Of a stretch of 64,000 nucleotides of DNA, positions 10,768-20,254 are shown piece by piece. The notes beneath the pieces were generated by a model that was given only the letters and a program-made list of their open reading frames with translations, searched no databases and was not told where the DNA came from. The stretch lies in the NCBI GenBank assembly GCA_947628855.1, contig CANRBM010000002.1, positions 4,884 to 68,883 on the forward strand, given 5' to 3'. Position 1 is the first letter of the stretch, and every line of letters begins with the position of its first letter. This stretch comes from an uncultured Clostridia bacterium (GTDB lineage Bacteria; Bacillota; Clostridia; Christensenellales; CAG-917). The position numbers and the translations under genes are program-made.

Positions 10768-12159
10768 ATGAAGATATACAACACTCTCACGCGCAGGAAG
10801 GAAGATTTTGTGCCTCTTGAGGAGGGCAAGGTGAAGATGTACGCCTGCGGCATCACGGTGTCGGGCGAGGCGCACATCGGACACGCCTATCAAGCGCTCA
10901 TCTACGATATAATCCGCAAATATCTCGAGAAGGCAGGCTATGACGTCAAGTACGCACGCAACTATACCGACGTGGACGACAAGATAATCGCAAAGTCGCA
11001 CGAGACGGGTATACCCGCGCTCGAATACGCCGCCATGATGATAGAAAACATAGACGCGCTCATGCGCCGTTTCGAGGTGGACGACCCCACCGTATGGCTT
11101 AAAGCGACGGAGAACATCGACAATATAATAGATTTTGTGGAAAGCCTCATAAAGAGCGGGCACGCCTATCCTACCGAGCGCGGCGACGTGTATTTCAAGG
11201 TGGACAGCTTTAAGGGCTACGGCAAGCTGAGCGGCAGGCGCACCGAGGACGCGTACGAGAGCGTACGAATAGAAAATGAGGAGAACAAACAGGACCCCCT
11301 CGACTTCGCGCTGTGGAAATCCGCAAAGGAAGGCGAGATATATTGGGAGTCCCCGTGGGGCAAGGGCAGACCCGGCTGGCACATAGAGTGCTCCGCTATG
11401 AACCGCGCCGCTTTCGGCGAGCAGATAGACATCCACGGCGGCGGCAGGGACCTTGTTTTTCCTCATCACGAGAATGAGATCGCGCAGACGGAAGCCCTCA
11501 CGGGCAAGCAATTTGCAAAATATTGGATACACAACGGGCTCATCAAGGTCAACGGACAGAAGATGAGCAAATCTTTGGGCAACAGCCTTCTGCTCAAAGA
11601 CCTGCTTGACGAGTATTCTCCCGAAACCATCAAATACGCGCTTTTGCAGACAAATTATCGCGGCGACATCAACATCACGGACGAGCTTTTCCCCGAGGCA
11701 GACAAACACATGTACGGCTTTTACAAGACTCTTGCGGACGTAGAGGCGAGCGGCTTGAAAGCGGACGGCGGCTCCCCCGATATAGACGCTGAATTTGATC
11801 GCGCCATGGACGACGATTTCAATACCGCAAAGGCGCTTGCGGACCTGTTCGGGCTCTTCAAACGCATAAAGGCAAAGCTCGCCGCGAGCGACGCGAGCGC
11901 GGCAAACGACGCGGAGCAGATAAAGAAAACCTATGGCTTGCTCGGGCTGTTCAGAAGAAAGCCCGCAGAGTTTATAGCCTATTATGAGGCAAAGCAGAAG
12001 AGCGATATCCCCGCCGAAGTGCTCCGCCTCGCCGACGAACGCGCAGCGGCAAAAGTCGCCAAAGATTGGGCGACCGCGGACGCCCTCCGTGCAAAAATAA
12101 CCGCCCTCGGCTACTCCGTCAAGGACACAAAAGAGGGACCTGTCATCGAAAAACTGTGA
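10768..12159 (+). CDS. cysS: Cysteine--tRNA ligase
   Basis: 463 aa. HIGHAY and KMSKSLGN class I motifs. MKIYNTLTRRKEDF N-terminus is typical of CysRS. Confidence 0.95.
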   Translation: MKIYNTLTRRKEDFVPLEEGKVKMYACGITVSGEAHIGHAYQALIYDIIRKYLEKAGYDVKYARNYTDVDDKIIAKSHETGIPALEYAAMMIENIDALMRRFEVDDPTVWLKATENIDNIIDFVESLIKSGHAYPTERGDVYFKVDSFKGYGKLSGRRTEDAYESVRIENEENKQDPLDFALWKSAKEGEIYWESPWGKGRPGWHIECSAMNRAAFGEQIDIHGGGRDLVFPHHENEIAQTEALTGKQFAKYWIHNGLIKVNGQKMSKSLGNSLLLKDLLDEYSPETIKYALLQTNYRGDINITDELFPEADKHMYGFYKTLADVEASGLKADGGSPDIDAEFDRAMDDDFNTAKALADLFGLFKRIKAKLAASDASAANDAEQIKKTYGLLGLFRRKPAEFIAYYEAKQKSDIPAEVLRLADERAAAKVAKDWATADALRAKITALGYSVKDTKEGPVIEKL

Positions 12160-12194
12160 TTTTGAATCTACGATATTAAAATATCGGCAAATTC

Positions 12195-12220
12195 AAGAGG
12201 GCGCTCCCGCCCTCTTTTCC
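12195..12220 (+). terminator. Intrinsic terminator after cysS
   Basis: AGAGGGCG-CTC-CGCCCTCT stem-loop followed by TTTTCC, 36 nt after the cysS stop. Confidence 0.65.
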
Positions 12221-12285
12221 TTGACTTGCTTTAGCAAAACAATGGCTCGAACAGAGTTTGCATTAATCGCTGACATTGATAGCGT

Positions 12286-12433
12286 CAATATAAGCTCTCA
12301 CGCAGGAGTTTTGGCAATTGCGAACAATTAAAAAGTGCGAATTAGGCGAATGAAGTGCCGAAGTTCGCGCTTGTTAGCTTAGGCTCGGCAAAGGGTTATC
12401 AGCCGTTTGCCGAGGTGTGGAGCAGCACTCCAC
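12286..12433 (+). repeat. IMR copy 3, forward (core only, degenerate hairpin)
   Basis: CAATATAAGCTCTCACGCAGGAGTTTTGG box, AAAAAGTGCGAA..TTCGCGCTTGTTAGCTTAGG, GGCAAAGGGTTATCAGCCGTTTGCC, GAGGTGTGGAGCAGCACTCCAC. Confidence 0.7.
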
Positions 12434-12457
12434 ATAGAGTGTGCGGGGCGGATCCGT

Positions 12458-13096
12458 TCAAATTGCGTCTTTCAGCAATAAAGCCACTTCATCTGCCATT
12501 TTTTCAACATAAAGTGGCGATACGGACATAAGTTGCATAAGGGCGTCGCCATTGTTTTCGGCGACGACGCCCAAAATACCGACGTCTCCGAAGCGCTCGT
12601 TTTTGCCTTTGATAGCGGCGGGGCAGACTCCGTCGGAGCGGATGACTATTTTGCCGACGTTGTCCTTTGTGCCGAGGCTGGCGTCCACGGCTATGAAGAG
12701 CGCGCCCGCGTGCGCCGTCTTGATAAAGTCGAGCCATTCCTTCATATTTTTGCCGTTGACGGAGCAATTCTCCGTGCCGTAGACGAAGGCGGGGATATTG
12801 TAGCGAGTGGAGAGCAGGGTGCCCACCATGGGGCCCAAAGAATCGCCGGATATGGACATAGTGCCGAAACAGACTATTACGGTCTGCCGCTTTCTGGAAA
12901 GTAGCGAGGGCGTGTAAAACGGCGCGGCGGGAGCGGGTCGATGTTCGGCGGGCGTTTTTGCGGCGCGCTTGCTCCTTGCGGACGGGATCTTTGCCGTCCG
13001 TTTTTTTGCGGGGGCGGTTTCGGCGGCGTCGGGGAGAGGGGAAGAGTCTTTCAATGCGGCTTGAAGTAAAGCCTGTTCGGGGTCTTTTTTTCTCAT
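12458..13096 (-). CDS. yyaC: Sporulation protein YyaC-family (GPR-like endopeptidase fold) with a basic low-complexity N-terminal extension
   Basis: The track ORF starts at a TTG (13147). I prefer ATG 13096. Core VIVCFGTMSISGDSLGPMVGTLL...FIAVDASLG matches the YyaC/DUF1256 pattern. The first ~75 aa from ATG 13096 are Ala/Pro/Lys-rich. Confidence 0.7.
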   Translation of the reverse strand: MRKKDPEQALLQAALKDSSPLPDAAETAPAKKRTAKIPSARSKRAAKTPAEHRPAPAAPFYTPSLLSRKRQTVIVCFGTMSISGDSLGPMVGTLLSTRYNIPAFVYGTENCSVNGKNMKEWLDFIKTAHAGALFIAVDASLGTKDNVGKIVIRSDGVCPAAIKGKNERFGDVGILGVVAENNGDALMQLMSVSPLYVEKMADEVALLLKDAI

Positions 13097-13262
13097 TTGG
13101 GTATTATTGCCAAATTTTCGGCGGATAATCAGCGCTCGTCTTGCCAAAGAGGAATGGCGATGAAAAGCATACGGTCGCTAAGCGGGGCGAATTCACCGCC
13201 GGGCGCGCGGACTCGGCAATAAAGTAAAAAATTTGCAATTCATGATTATGTGCATTTTATTC

Positions 13263-13291
13263 TTGCATATATTCTTAAAACAGGGTATAAT
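13263..13291 (+). promoter_or_regulatory. Sigma-70-type promoter for the cvpA-like / 1555-aa operon
   Basis: TTGCAT (13263-13268), 17 nt, TATAAT (13286-13291). Confidence 0.55.
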
Positions 13292-13374
13292 CATTCTATA
13301 TAGGAAAAACTAAAAACTTGCGAGCGCAAGTGCGCGCATATTTGGCGGGCGCGGGCGCACGCGGAAGGATGAAT

Positions 13375-14175
13375 ATGTTTACAGCATTGATCGGAGCAGT
13401 TCAAATTGCAGACATTATAGTGTTTGTCGTTTTGGGTCTCGGGCTTGTCATTGGGCTCATAGGCGGGTTGGCGAAGGCGTTCAAGGGGCTATTTGCCTCA
13501 TTGGCTATTATTTTGATCTCGCTGTTGATCGTGGGCGTGACGGTAGTGCCCATAAGCTCGACCTCGATAGGGCAGTCTTTGAGCGGTACGTTCGAGAGCA
13601 AGGCGGAGGGCTGGGGCGCCGCGTTTTCTTCTCCCGTTTACATAATGATGAGCGGCGACGGACAGCCCGTAAAAGACGGCTATTGCGTGGATATTGACGG
13701 CGAACGCGTACAGCTTGAAAATGCTGCGGGCGACGGCGCGCTTGCAAAGATAAAGGGCAAGATGGCGGTCGCGCTTGCAAAGAAATATGTGACCGCGGAC
13801 AATCAAGGGCAGGTGGCGCTTGCAAAATATGCGGCGGACTCGCTCACGAGGATAATATTCGATGTCGCGCTGTTCATAATTTACTGTATAGCGCTCGGCG
13901 TGTTGTTTTTCCTGCTTAGGAAAATGTTTGCAAATCTGTTTAACAGGCGCGACGAGAACGGCGATAAGAGCGTCGGGCTCAAGGTTTTGGACAAGACTCT
14001 CGGCGCTGTCGTAGCGGTCGGATTCGCGCTGCTCGCGCTGTTATTGGTGTTTGCGATCATCAAGCTTGCGGCGCCTGCAGGCTCAAAGGTGGCGCAATTC
14101 TTCGAGAATGCGAACGTCGCGGGCACCCTATATACCAAAAACCCGATGTCGAAAGTGTTCACAAAGCTCTTTTGA
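13375..14175 (+). CDS. CvpA-family membrane protein
   Basis: ORF 13318..14175. The likely start is ATG 13375 (6 nt after GGAAGG) or 13369. N-terminus FTALIGAVQIADIIVFVVLGLGLVIGLIGGLAKAFKGLFASLAIILISLLIV resembles CvpA. Four or more TM segments plus a central soluble loop. Confidence 0.6.
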   Translation: MFTALIGAVQIADIIVFVVLGLGLVIGLIGGLAKAFKGLFASLAIILISLLIVGVTVVPISSTSIGQSLSGTFESKAEGWGAAFSSPVYIMMSGDGQPVKDGYCVDIDGERVQLENAAGDGALAKIKGKMAVALAKKYVTADNQGQVALAKYAADSLTRIIFDVALFIIYCIALGVLFFLLRKMFANLFNRRDENGDKSVGLKVLDKTLGAVVAVGFALLALLLVFAIIKLAAPAGSKVAQFFENANVAGTLYTKNPMSKVFTKLF

Positions 14176-14264
14176 GCACAGTCGGCAAAGGTGTCGGTAG
14201 TAAAATGCAAAATTTCGGACATATTGAATAGTGATTTTACAAAAGCGAGGAGAAGGAGTTTATT

Positions 14265-17200
14265 ATGAAGGTTTTGAAGGCGACATTGGCATTTGTGATG
14301 GGACTCGTGCTCGGCATAATCCTGCTTGTGCTCGCGATAGGCGGCACGGTCGTCGCGCTCGGCACGACGAGGACGGTGGGAGAGATACAGTCCGCCGTCA
14401 CGGATACCGAGATAATCTCTTCCGACAGCGAGCTTTTCGGTCAGTCCGTGCTCGAGGCGGTGCAGAAGGCGCTCAACGATTATCAAAATTTCGACAACAT
14501 CACGCTGAAATTGCTGTATGACCGCTATGGTATAAACTTGCTCAAGGGCATAAGCGGGCTGGATTTTACAAAAAAGAGTTTTTATGACACCCCTCTCACG
14601 GAGATCATAAACGACTTGTCTCTGCTGCTTGACGATATCTATCTTTCGGATATAGAGAAAATTGCGGATCTGGACTTTACAAAATACAATATTCCCATCA
14701 TCGACGAGAATCTGAATGTCGGCCTCACAAAGGCGATAGACAACATAATGGGGCTTGTAAACGACGATCTGTCCATTCGCACGCTCAAGGCGAAACTCGG
14801 TTTTGACATAGGCACGGAGGACAACGGCATTTTGAAGGCGCTGCAGGATGTTCGCCTCAAGGAGTTGGGCGGACTCATCGACGTATTGCCAATAGGCGTA
14901 TTGCTCACCGCGGACACGGATACTTATCTGCCAAAGGGCGAAATGCAGGTTTACGTCAACGTCGAAGGCACCGTCGAGGAGTGGGAGGAAGTCACTGCGG
15001 AGGAGCTGTCAAACCCCGACTACGCTGCTCCTTTGGGCGTAGAGACCTACATCTCGGGCGGCTTGAATGACGAACTCGTTGAAAAAGAGCTCAGATATTA
15101 TAAAAAAGCGGACTCAGAGCCTTACGTGGACAACTCCTGCTACAATGAGGGCTGGACTTGTCCCGAGGGCGTGAAAGTATTGCGCCACAGGTTTTATAAA
15201 CAATTTGACGGCGACGGCAGCGCAGACGGGACTTATTACGTCGTAGGATACGCCAACCGTGTCAAGACTTTCGACAATGCCGCAAACACTTACGCTTTGA
15301 TAGTGAAAGATTTCGTGTCGCTTGACGATATAATTGTCAGCGAGGCGGGCGCAAAGCTTGACAAAACGAGCGTCAAGGGCGGCAAGCTCGATCTGAGCGA
15401 GACAGACGTCTACTATTTTGAAAAGGCGACCGAGGACGCAGAGAGCGAAGGCGAAGAAGGCGACGGCGGCGGATCCGAAGGCGAGAGCGGCGCGAAAGAC
15501 AGGTATGTTTTGAGCGACGATTACTCCATTCTCGAGAAAGTGATGAAGAAGAACGATATGCTCCGCGTCCCCGACGAGCCCGGCGTGGACGAAGAGGGCA
15601 ACCCCGTGGAGCCCGCTCATCCCTACATCGAAGGGCGCGCGAAGTATGTGCGCGTACATTTGGGCGAGGCGTCGTCGCTTTTGCAATATCTCAACTATTT
15701 GACGATCGGCTACATTCGCAACGACACGGACAGCGTGCTTAAATCTTTGCGCATAGGCGATATTATAAACACCAACGATCCCAACACCGCCGACATCCTC
15801 AAAGCCCTCAAGGACAGCACTCTCGACTCAATAGGCGAGGACATCAACACCATTCCTTTCGGCGACATGTTCAAAAACGAGAGCGGCAACAGCTTGCTTG
15901 ACGCCATCAAGGATTTCACGCTTGAAAATATGGATGAAAAGATAGACACCCTCAAGCTGGGCGATATCCTTTCGGAAGAGGACAAGCAGGACAACCAGCT
16001 CATCAAAGCGCTTGACGCAAGAGGCTGTACAATAGGCAATATAGGCACCGCGCTTGATCAACTCACCGTCGGCGAGCTGCTGGACGTGAAGTATGACGTG
16101 TACGAAAAAGACAATGCAGGCAATTATATTAAGATCCCCATATACGTCAAAATAAATCAAGACTTGCTCGATATGGAAAGCGATCCCGACAAGTCCGAAA
16201 TGTTCGAGCAAGTGTTCGAAAACGTGTATGGCACGGGCATACGCCGCGGCAATTATACTCCCGCCGACGAGGAGACAGGATCCCCCGAGGAATTTGTGGA
16301 AGCCGCCGACGGCGAATATATCGAGACGTATTACTATCTGTATCAAGATGAGTCATACTTTGATGAGCATGCCGAAGTCGAGCGTTTTAAACGGCAACCC
16401 GTGGCAGAGGGAGAGAGTCAAACCGCGCTCGCGGTTCAATCGCTTGCGCGCCGCGGCGTACCCGCGCTTGAAATGGGCGACTACATCAACGAACTGTCCA
16501 TAGGCGAATTGATGGAGGTGGACAGCGAGTCCTCGCAACTGTTCAAGACCCTCGCAAGAAGGGGCAGCACGATGGACAGCATATCCAAGGACATTGACGA
16601 CCTCGAAGTCGCCGATATGATAGAGATAGGCGACGACTCCTCAAAGATCATGCGATCCCTCAAAGCGAGGCATTGCAAGATCGGCGATATGGCGACAATT
16701 ACGGACGAGTTGACCCTCGATGAGATACTCGACATCACGCACGATACGTATATGCAAGCCGATGACGGCATATATGTGCATGTGACGGACCCCAACAGTT
16801 ACGTGCTCTATGACGAGACAAATCCCGACAACCCCGAATGGCGCACAAAATACGTGAAAGTCGAGAAAGCCGGAGCCGAGGGAGAATATGAGTATGCGAA
16901 GTATGATCCCGAGGACCCGAAACATAAGGATTTGCCGCTCTACGTCCACTCCGCATATTATACGCTTTACAATCCCGCCGTACACACCTCGACCACATTG
17001 ACAATTGGGGAGGGAGAGACAGCAAAGACAGTGCAGATACAACCTAAGACAAATAATAACGGCGTCATCGCGCGGTTTAACAAAATAGAGTACGACGCAT
17101 CGCAAGATCCGACGGGAGAAAAAGAGCCGTCGTCCAAGATATTGCAGCGTTTTGCGGGCTCCACAATGGGCGACTTTTCAAGCGCCTTTGACGAGCTCAT

Positions 17201-18932
17201 GCTCTCAGAAGTGCTTGACATAGACCCCGATATCTACGCCGAAGTGGGCAAAGGCGATATCAAACATGACGATGGCGAAAGCGGGACAGGGGAATACTAT
17301 TATGGCGAATCTTATGAGGAAAGAGAGCGTCTCTACAAGTATGACGACGTCAACAGCGTGTATAGCGTGGCGAGCCAAGAGGATATAAATGAGGCGGCGG
17401 AGGGCAAGCTTACGCTCTATCGCGTGGAGAAGTCGGGCTCTTCGACGTCCATTCTCAAAAAGCTCGCCTATGTCAAAGTCAACGAGATGTCCGACGCCCT
17501 CGAGACCGTCATGAAGGATATGATGCTCTCCGAGATCATCGACATAAACAAATATGACGCCATCGATTCGAGTGGACTTGAGAAATATACAAATCAATCT
17601 ACGGAGGGGCTTGAAAATAGCCGTTTCTTCGTTCCGTGGGATGGAAGCTCCGTGATAGACGGCAAGCCTATCGTCTATGTGTACGAGAGCACGGGGCAAT
17701 ATATAATGAGGGATTATTATTATCACCCGATAGACGAAAAAAATGCAGAAGAATTCAGCAAATATCTTGGAGAAAAACAAACAGGATATTACAAATATGT
17801 GAAATATGAAGCCCCACAAGGAAATTCGGTAAAGGAAGCCGCAAACTTGAAAAAAGCTCTTATAGACGGCAACGTCTATTACTCTAAAGACGGAAAAGAG
17901 CCTTTTGATCATAATATCGCTCTTGCAACTTATTTGATCCGCCAAAACAAGTGGGAAGGCCTTTATTACAGGGAAACGAGCTCGGAAAAATTGGATGGAG
18001 AAAAATATTTCGAATATTTCTCTTATAAAAATATCCCCTCTGACTATAAAGAGAGGATTTATGTAGAAACTTTAGGCAAGAAGACCTTCCCAGATCCGTT
18101 GTCTAAAGAGCCCAAGAATATAGAGAGCTATTATAATCCTACTAATCCTGCGCATGCCGAATTGACAAAATATGTTAAGTTGGAGGACGGACAAAACCAT
18201 ATCGTGCCCCTCAACGAGGACGGATATGATTATAAAGAAGGTATAGATGTGAGGATCGGCGCGCAATATGCGCAGGAGATAATGATCAAATATGCCGATT
18301 TGTCCGCCGCGCAATCAGTCCTCAAAGAGGAAAGCGAATACAGTGAGTACGAAAAACAAGTGGGTTGCGACAAAGTCTACGTGTATACGCCCGCCACAAA
18401 CGAATATGTCTTATACAGTGAGTCGGCAGATTATGGCGATGATGCGGAATACTACATCAAGAAGTTGGGCTATATCGCGCAAAAGGGGGAAGTTTTCTAC
18501 AGCGACGGCCACACCGATAAAACAGCGTTAAACTTCCAAATGATCCAAACGATGGAAAGAGAGCGCAGCTCCAAAGTGCTTGCGTTGCTTGCGGATAAGA
18601 CCGTCAACGATATGAACAGCACGATAGAAAATGCGACGATAGGCGACTTTATGGACGTCACTCCGGGCACTATCTTCGACGATAAGGATATCCGTGAGTC
18701 GCAACTGCATGACCTCGGCAACACGCTTGCAAACAAACTTGCCACAATAACCATAGGCAAATTGATAGAGTGGGGCAGCATCACCACGATAGACCCCTCC
18801 GTCCTCAACATTTTGCACGAAGTCACGCTGACGGATTTCTTCTATGCGCTGACGTATGATGACAGCACAGGTATGATCGCATTCGATATGGCAAAGTTGT
18901 ACGGCATCGAATCTGAGTCAACTGCGCCATAA
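14265..18932 (+). CDS. 1555-aa acidic, N-terminally membrane-anchored repeat protein of unknown function
   Basis: GGAGAAGGAG RBS. Single N-terminal TM (LAFVMGLVLGIILLVLAIGGTVVAL). Very Asp/Glu/Tyr-rich. About 12 degenerate 30-40-aa motifs, for example SKIMRSLKARHCKIGDMATITDELTLDEILDI, SQLFKTLARRGSTMDSISKDIDDLEVADMIEI and NQLIKALDARGCTIGNIGTALDQLTVGELLDV. Confidence 0.8.
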   Translation: MKVLKATLAFVMGLVLGIILLVLAIGGTVVALGTTRTVGEIQSAVTDTEIISSDSELFGQSVLEAVQKALNDYQNFDNITLKLLYDRYGINLLKGISGLDFTKKSFYDTPLTEIINDLSLLLDDIYLSDIEKIADLDFTKYNIPIIDENLNVGLTKAIDNIMGLVNDDLSIRTLKAKLGFDIGTEDNGILKALQDVRLKELGGLIDVLPIGVLLTADTDTYLPKGEMQVYVNVEGTVEEWEEVTAEELSNPDYAAPLGVETYISGGLNDELVEKELRYYKKADSEPYVDNSCYNEGWTCPEGVKVLRHRFYKQFDGDGSADGTYYVVGYANRVKTFDNAANTYALIVKDFVSLDDIIVSEAGAKLDKTSVKGGKLDLSETDVYYFEKATEDAESEGEEGDGGGSEGESGAKDRYVLSDDYSILEKVMKKNDMLRVPDEPGVDEEGNPVEPAHPYIEGRAKYVRVHLGEASSLLQYLNYLTIGYIRNDTDSVLKSLRIGDIINTNDPNTADILKALKDSTLDSIGEDINTIPFGDMFKNESGNSLLDAIKDFTLENMDEKIDTLKLGDILSEEDKQDNQLIKALDARGCTIGNIGTALDQLTVGELLDVKYDVYEKDNAGNYIKIPIYVKINQDLLDMESDPDKSEMFEQVFENVYGTGIRRGNYTPADEETGSPEEFVEAADGEYIETYYYLYQDESYFDEHAEVERFKRQPVAEGESQTALAVQSLARRGVPALEMGDYINELSIGELMEVDSESSQLFKTLARRGSTMDSISKDIDDLEVADMIEIGDDSSKIMRSLKARHCKIGDMATITDELTLDEILDITHDTYMQADDGIYVHVTDPNSYVLYDETNPDNPEWRTKYVKVEKAGAEGEYEYAKYDPEDPKHKDLPLYVHSAYYTLYNPAVHTSTTLTIGEGETAKTVQIQPKTNNNGVIARFNKIEYDASQDPTGEKEPSSKILQRFAGSTMGDFSSAFDELMLSEVLDIDPDIYAEVGKGDIKHDDGESGTGEYYYGESYEERERLYKYDDVNSVYSVASQEDINEAAEGKLTLYRVEKSGSSTSILKKLAYVKVNEMSDALETVMKDMMLSEIIDINKYDAIDSSGLEKYTNQSTEGLENSRFFVPWDGSSVIDGKPIVYVYESTGQYIMRDYYYHPIDEKNAEEFSKYLGEKQTGYYKYVKYEAPQGNSVKEAANLKKALIDGNVYYSKDGKEPFDHNIALATYLIRQNKWEGLYYRETSSEKLDGEKYFEYFSYKNIPSDYKERIYVETLGKKTFPDPLSKEPKNIESYYNPTNPAHAELTKYVKLEDGQNHIVPLNEDGYDYKEGIDVRIGAQYAQEIMIKYADLSAAQSVLKEESEYSEYEKQVGCDKVYVYTPATNEYVLYSESADYGDDAEYYIKKLGYIAQKGEVFYSDGHTDKTALNFQMIQTMERERSSKVLALLADKTVNDMNSTIENATIGDFMDVTPGTIFDDKDIRESQLHDLGNTLANKLATITIGKLIEWGSITTIDPSVLNILHEVTLTDFFYALTYDDSTGMIAFDMAKLYGIESESTAP

Positions 18933-19017
18933 AGCCAAAGTTTCAAAACCGTACAAATATAATGCAAGACGCAAATCGTTTCAAAAACTGTTGCGCCATA
19001 GCAAACATCTCGACTTC

Positions 19018-19055
19018 CGCCCGCCGCTTGATCCACATCAAACGGCGGGCGTTTT
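19018..19055 (+). terminator. Intrinsic terminator after the 1555-aa gene
   Basis: CGCCCGCCG (19018-19026), 16-nt loop, CGGCGGGCG (19043-19051), then TTTTAT. Confidence 0.65.
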
Positions 19056-19102
19056 ATGTCTCCATGCAGGGCTACTCGCCCCGCACGCCCCAATGTTGGC
19101 TC

Positions 19103-19240
19103 CTCGCCCACACCGCGGCAAGGGACTTCGTCCCCTGCACCCCAAGCTAAAAACGCGAGCTAGGCAAATACTTGCCGTCGCTCGCGTTTTTTGATTGTGT
19201 GTAAGGTACAAACTCCAGCGTGAGAGCTTTGATAATTGCG
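19103..19240 (-). repeat. IMR copy 4, reverse orientation
   Basis: The plus strand reads CTCGCCCACACCGCGGCAAGGGACTTCGTCCCCTGCACCCCAAGCT, then hairpin AAAAACGCGAGCTAGGCAAATACTTGCCGTCGCTCGCGTTTTTT (19149-19192), then CAAACTCCAGCGTGAGAGCTTTGATAATTG (reverse of the CTCACGC box). Confidence 0.8.
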
Positions 19241-19529
19241 TTTGTCTTGTCCAAGCGAATAAACGCAACCTCTGTCCGAGTGTGCCTGTACACGGACGGA
19301 CGTATTGTCCGAGCGACCCCGCGGAGCGAGCGGTTTCACGCTAAGTACGCAGTGAGGGCGTGTCTGCACCCCGCGAAATCACTCCGTAATTTCCGAAAAA
19401 CCATTTCTCAAAACTGTCGCAGGCACATCTTCACGACGAAAGATGATCAAAATCAATGTGATTTTTATGTTTGTATAAAATAAATCACGGCGCACATACT
19501 AGCCATAGCACAAAAAAGGAGGTGCATTT

Positions 19530-19766
19530 ATGGACGAAAACAATATTGTGAGAAAGCTCGCTCAGCTTACAAACATGAATGTGATGGTGCTTTTCATACT
19601 GATTTCTTTCCTTGCTCTGTCGATCGGACTTGCATTCTATTTCCTTGTCCCGGGCAGCGTTGGCTACGGCGTCGGCATCACGATGTTTATAGTGGCGTCA
19701 CTTCTGTTTGTGATCGGCGAGATCAACTATTTTATGAAGTCGAAACGCATCGATTGGCAAAACTAA
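19530..19766 (+). CDS. 78-aa two-TM small membrane protein, unknown function
   Basis: Strong RBS AAGGAGG 7 nt upstream of the ATG. Two clear hydrophobic helices (VMVLFILISFLALSIGLAFYFLV and GVGITMFIVASLLFVIGEI). Confidence 0.6.
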   Translation: MDENNIVRKLAQLTNMNVMVLFILISFLALSIGLAFYFLVPGSVGYGVGITMFIVASLLFVIGEINYFMKSKRIDWQN

Positions 19767-19776
19767 AGAGACAAGC

Positions 19777-19823
19777 AAAAAAATCGCGCGCCCGTACACA
19801 TGTGCAGACGCCCGATTTTTTTT
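19777..19823. terminator. Bidirectional terminator-like hairpin after the small membrane-protein gene
   Basis: A-run, imperfect GC-rich stem (ATCGCGCGCCCG..CAGACGCCCGAT), then T8. The stem has mismatches. Confidence 0.4.
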
Positions 19824-19837
19824 GTTTTCCATAAATT

Positions 19838-20193
19838 TACCCCACAAAAACATTTCTTATTTTTGCGGGGACCCCGAGTCGCTCTACATGACACAATATA
19901 TTTCCTGTCATTTCGAGCGTAGTCGAGAAATCCCCGGGGTTTTAAGAAAAACCTCGGACTAGCGTGTCGTAAATATCAAGCTCTCACGCAGGAGTTTTGA
20001 TATTTGCAATCAATCAAAAACGCGCAGACTAGGCAATGAAAGAGCCTACTCTGCGCGTTTTTAGCTTGGGATTGCAAAGGGCAAAGCGCCCTTTGCCGGG
20101 GCGTGGGGCAGCGCCCCATCTGGGGCGTGCGGGGGCGAGGAGCCCTGCGTGGGGCAACGAAGTCCCTTGCCGAGGTGTGGATCAGAGCTCCAC
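19838..20193 (+). repeat. IMR copy 5, forward, full-length
   Basis: Module H TACCCCACAAAAA..TTTTGCGGGGACCCCG (19838-19876). Module E TGTCATTTCGAGCGTAGTCGAGAAATCCCC. Box ATATCAAGCTCTCACGCAGGAGTTTTG. Hairpin 20016-20062, AGCTTGGG, GCAAAGGGCAAAGCGCCCTTTGC, GGCGTGGGGCAGCGCCCCA and further GC hairpins ending GTGGATCAGAGCTCCAC. Confidence 0.85.
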
Positions 20194-20254
20194 GAAAAGC
20201 ATTGGGGCGTAAAATGCGCTTGCAATTTTGGGTGAGGGGGATTATGATAGAGGC

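Noticed and set aside
13097-13147. TTG-initiated 17-codon N-terminal extension of yyaC given by the ORF track
   Set aside because: There is no RBS before the TTG. An in-frame ATG at 13096 is the more conventional start. The exact start remains uncertain.
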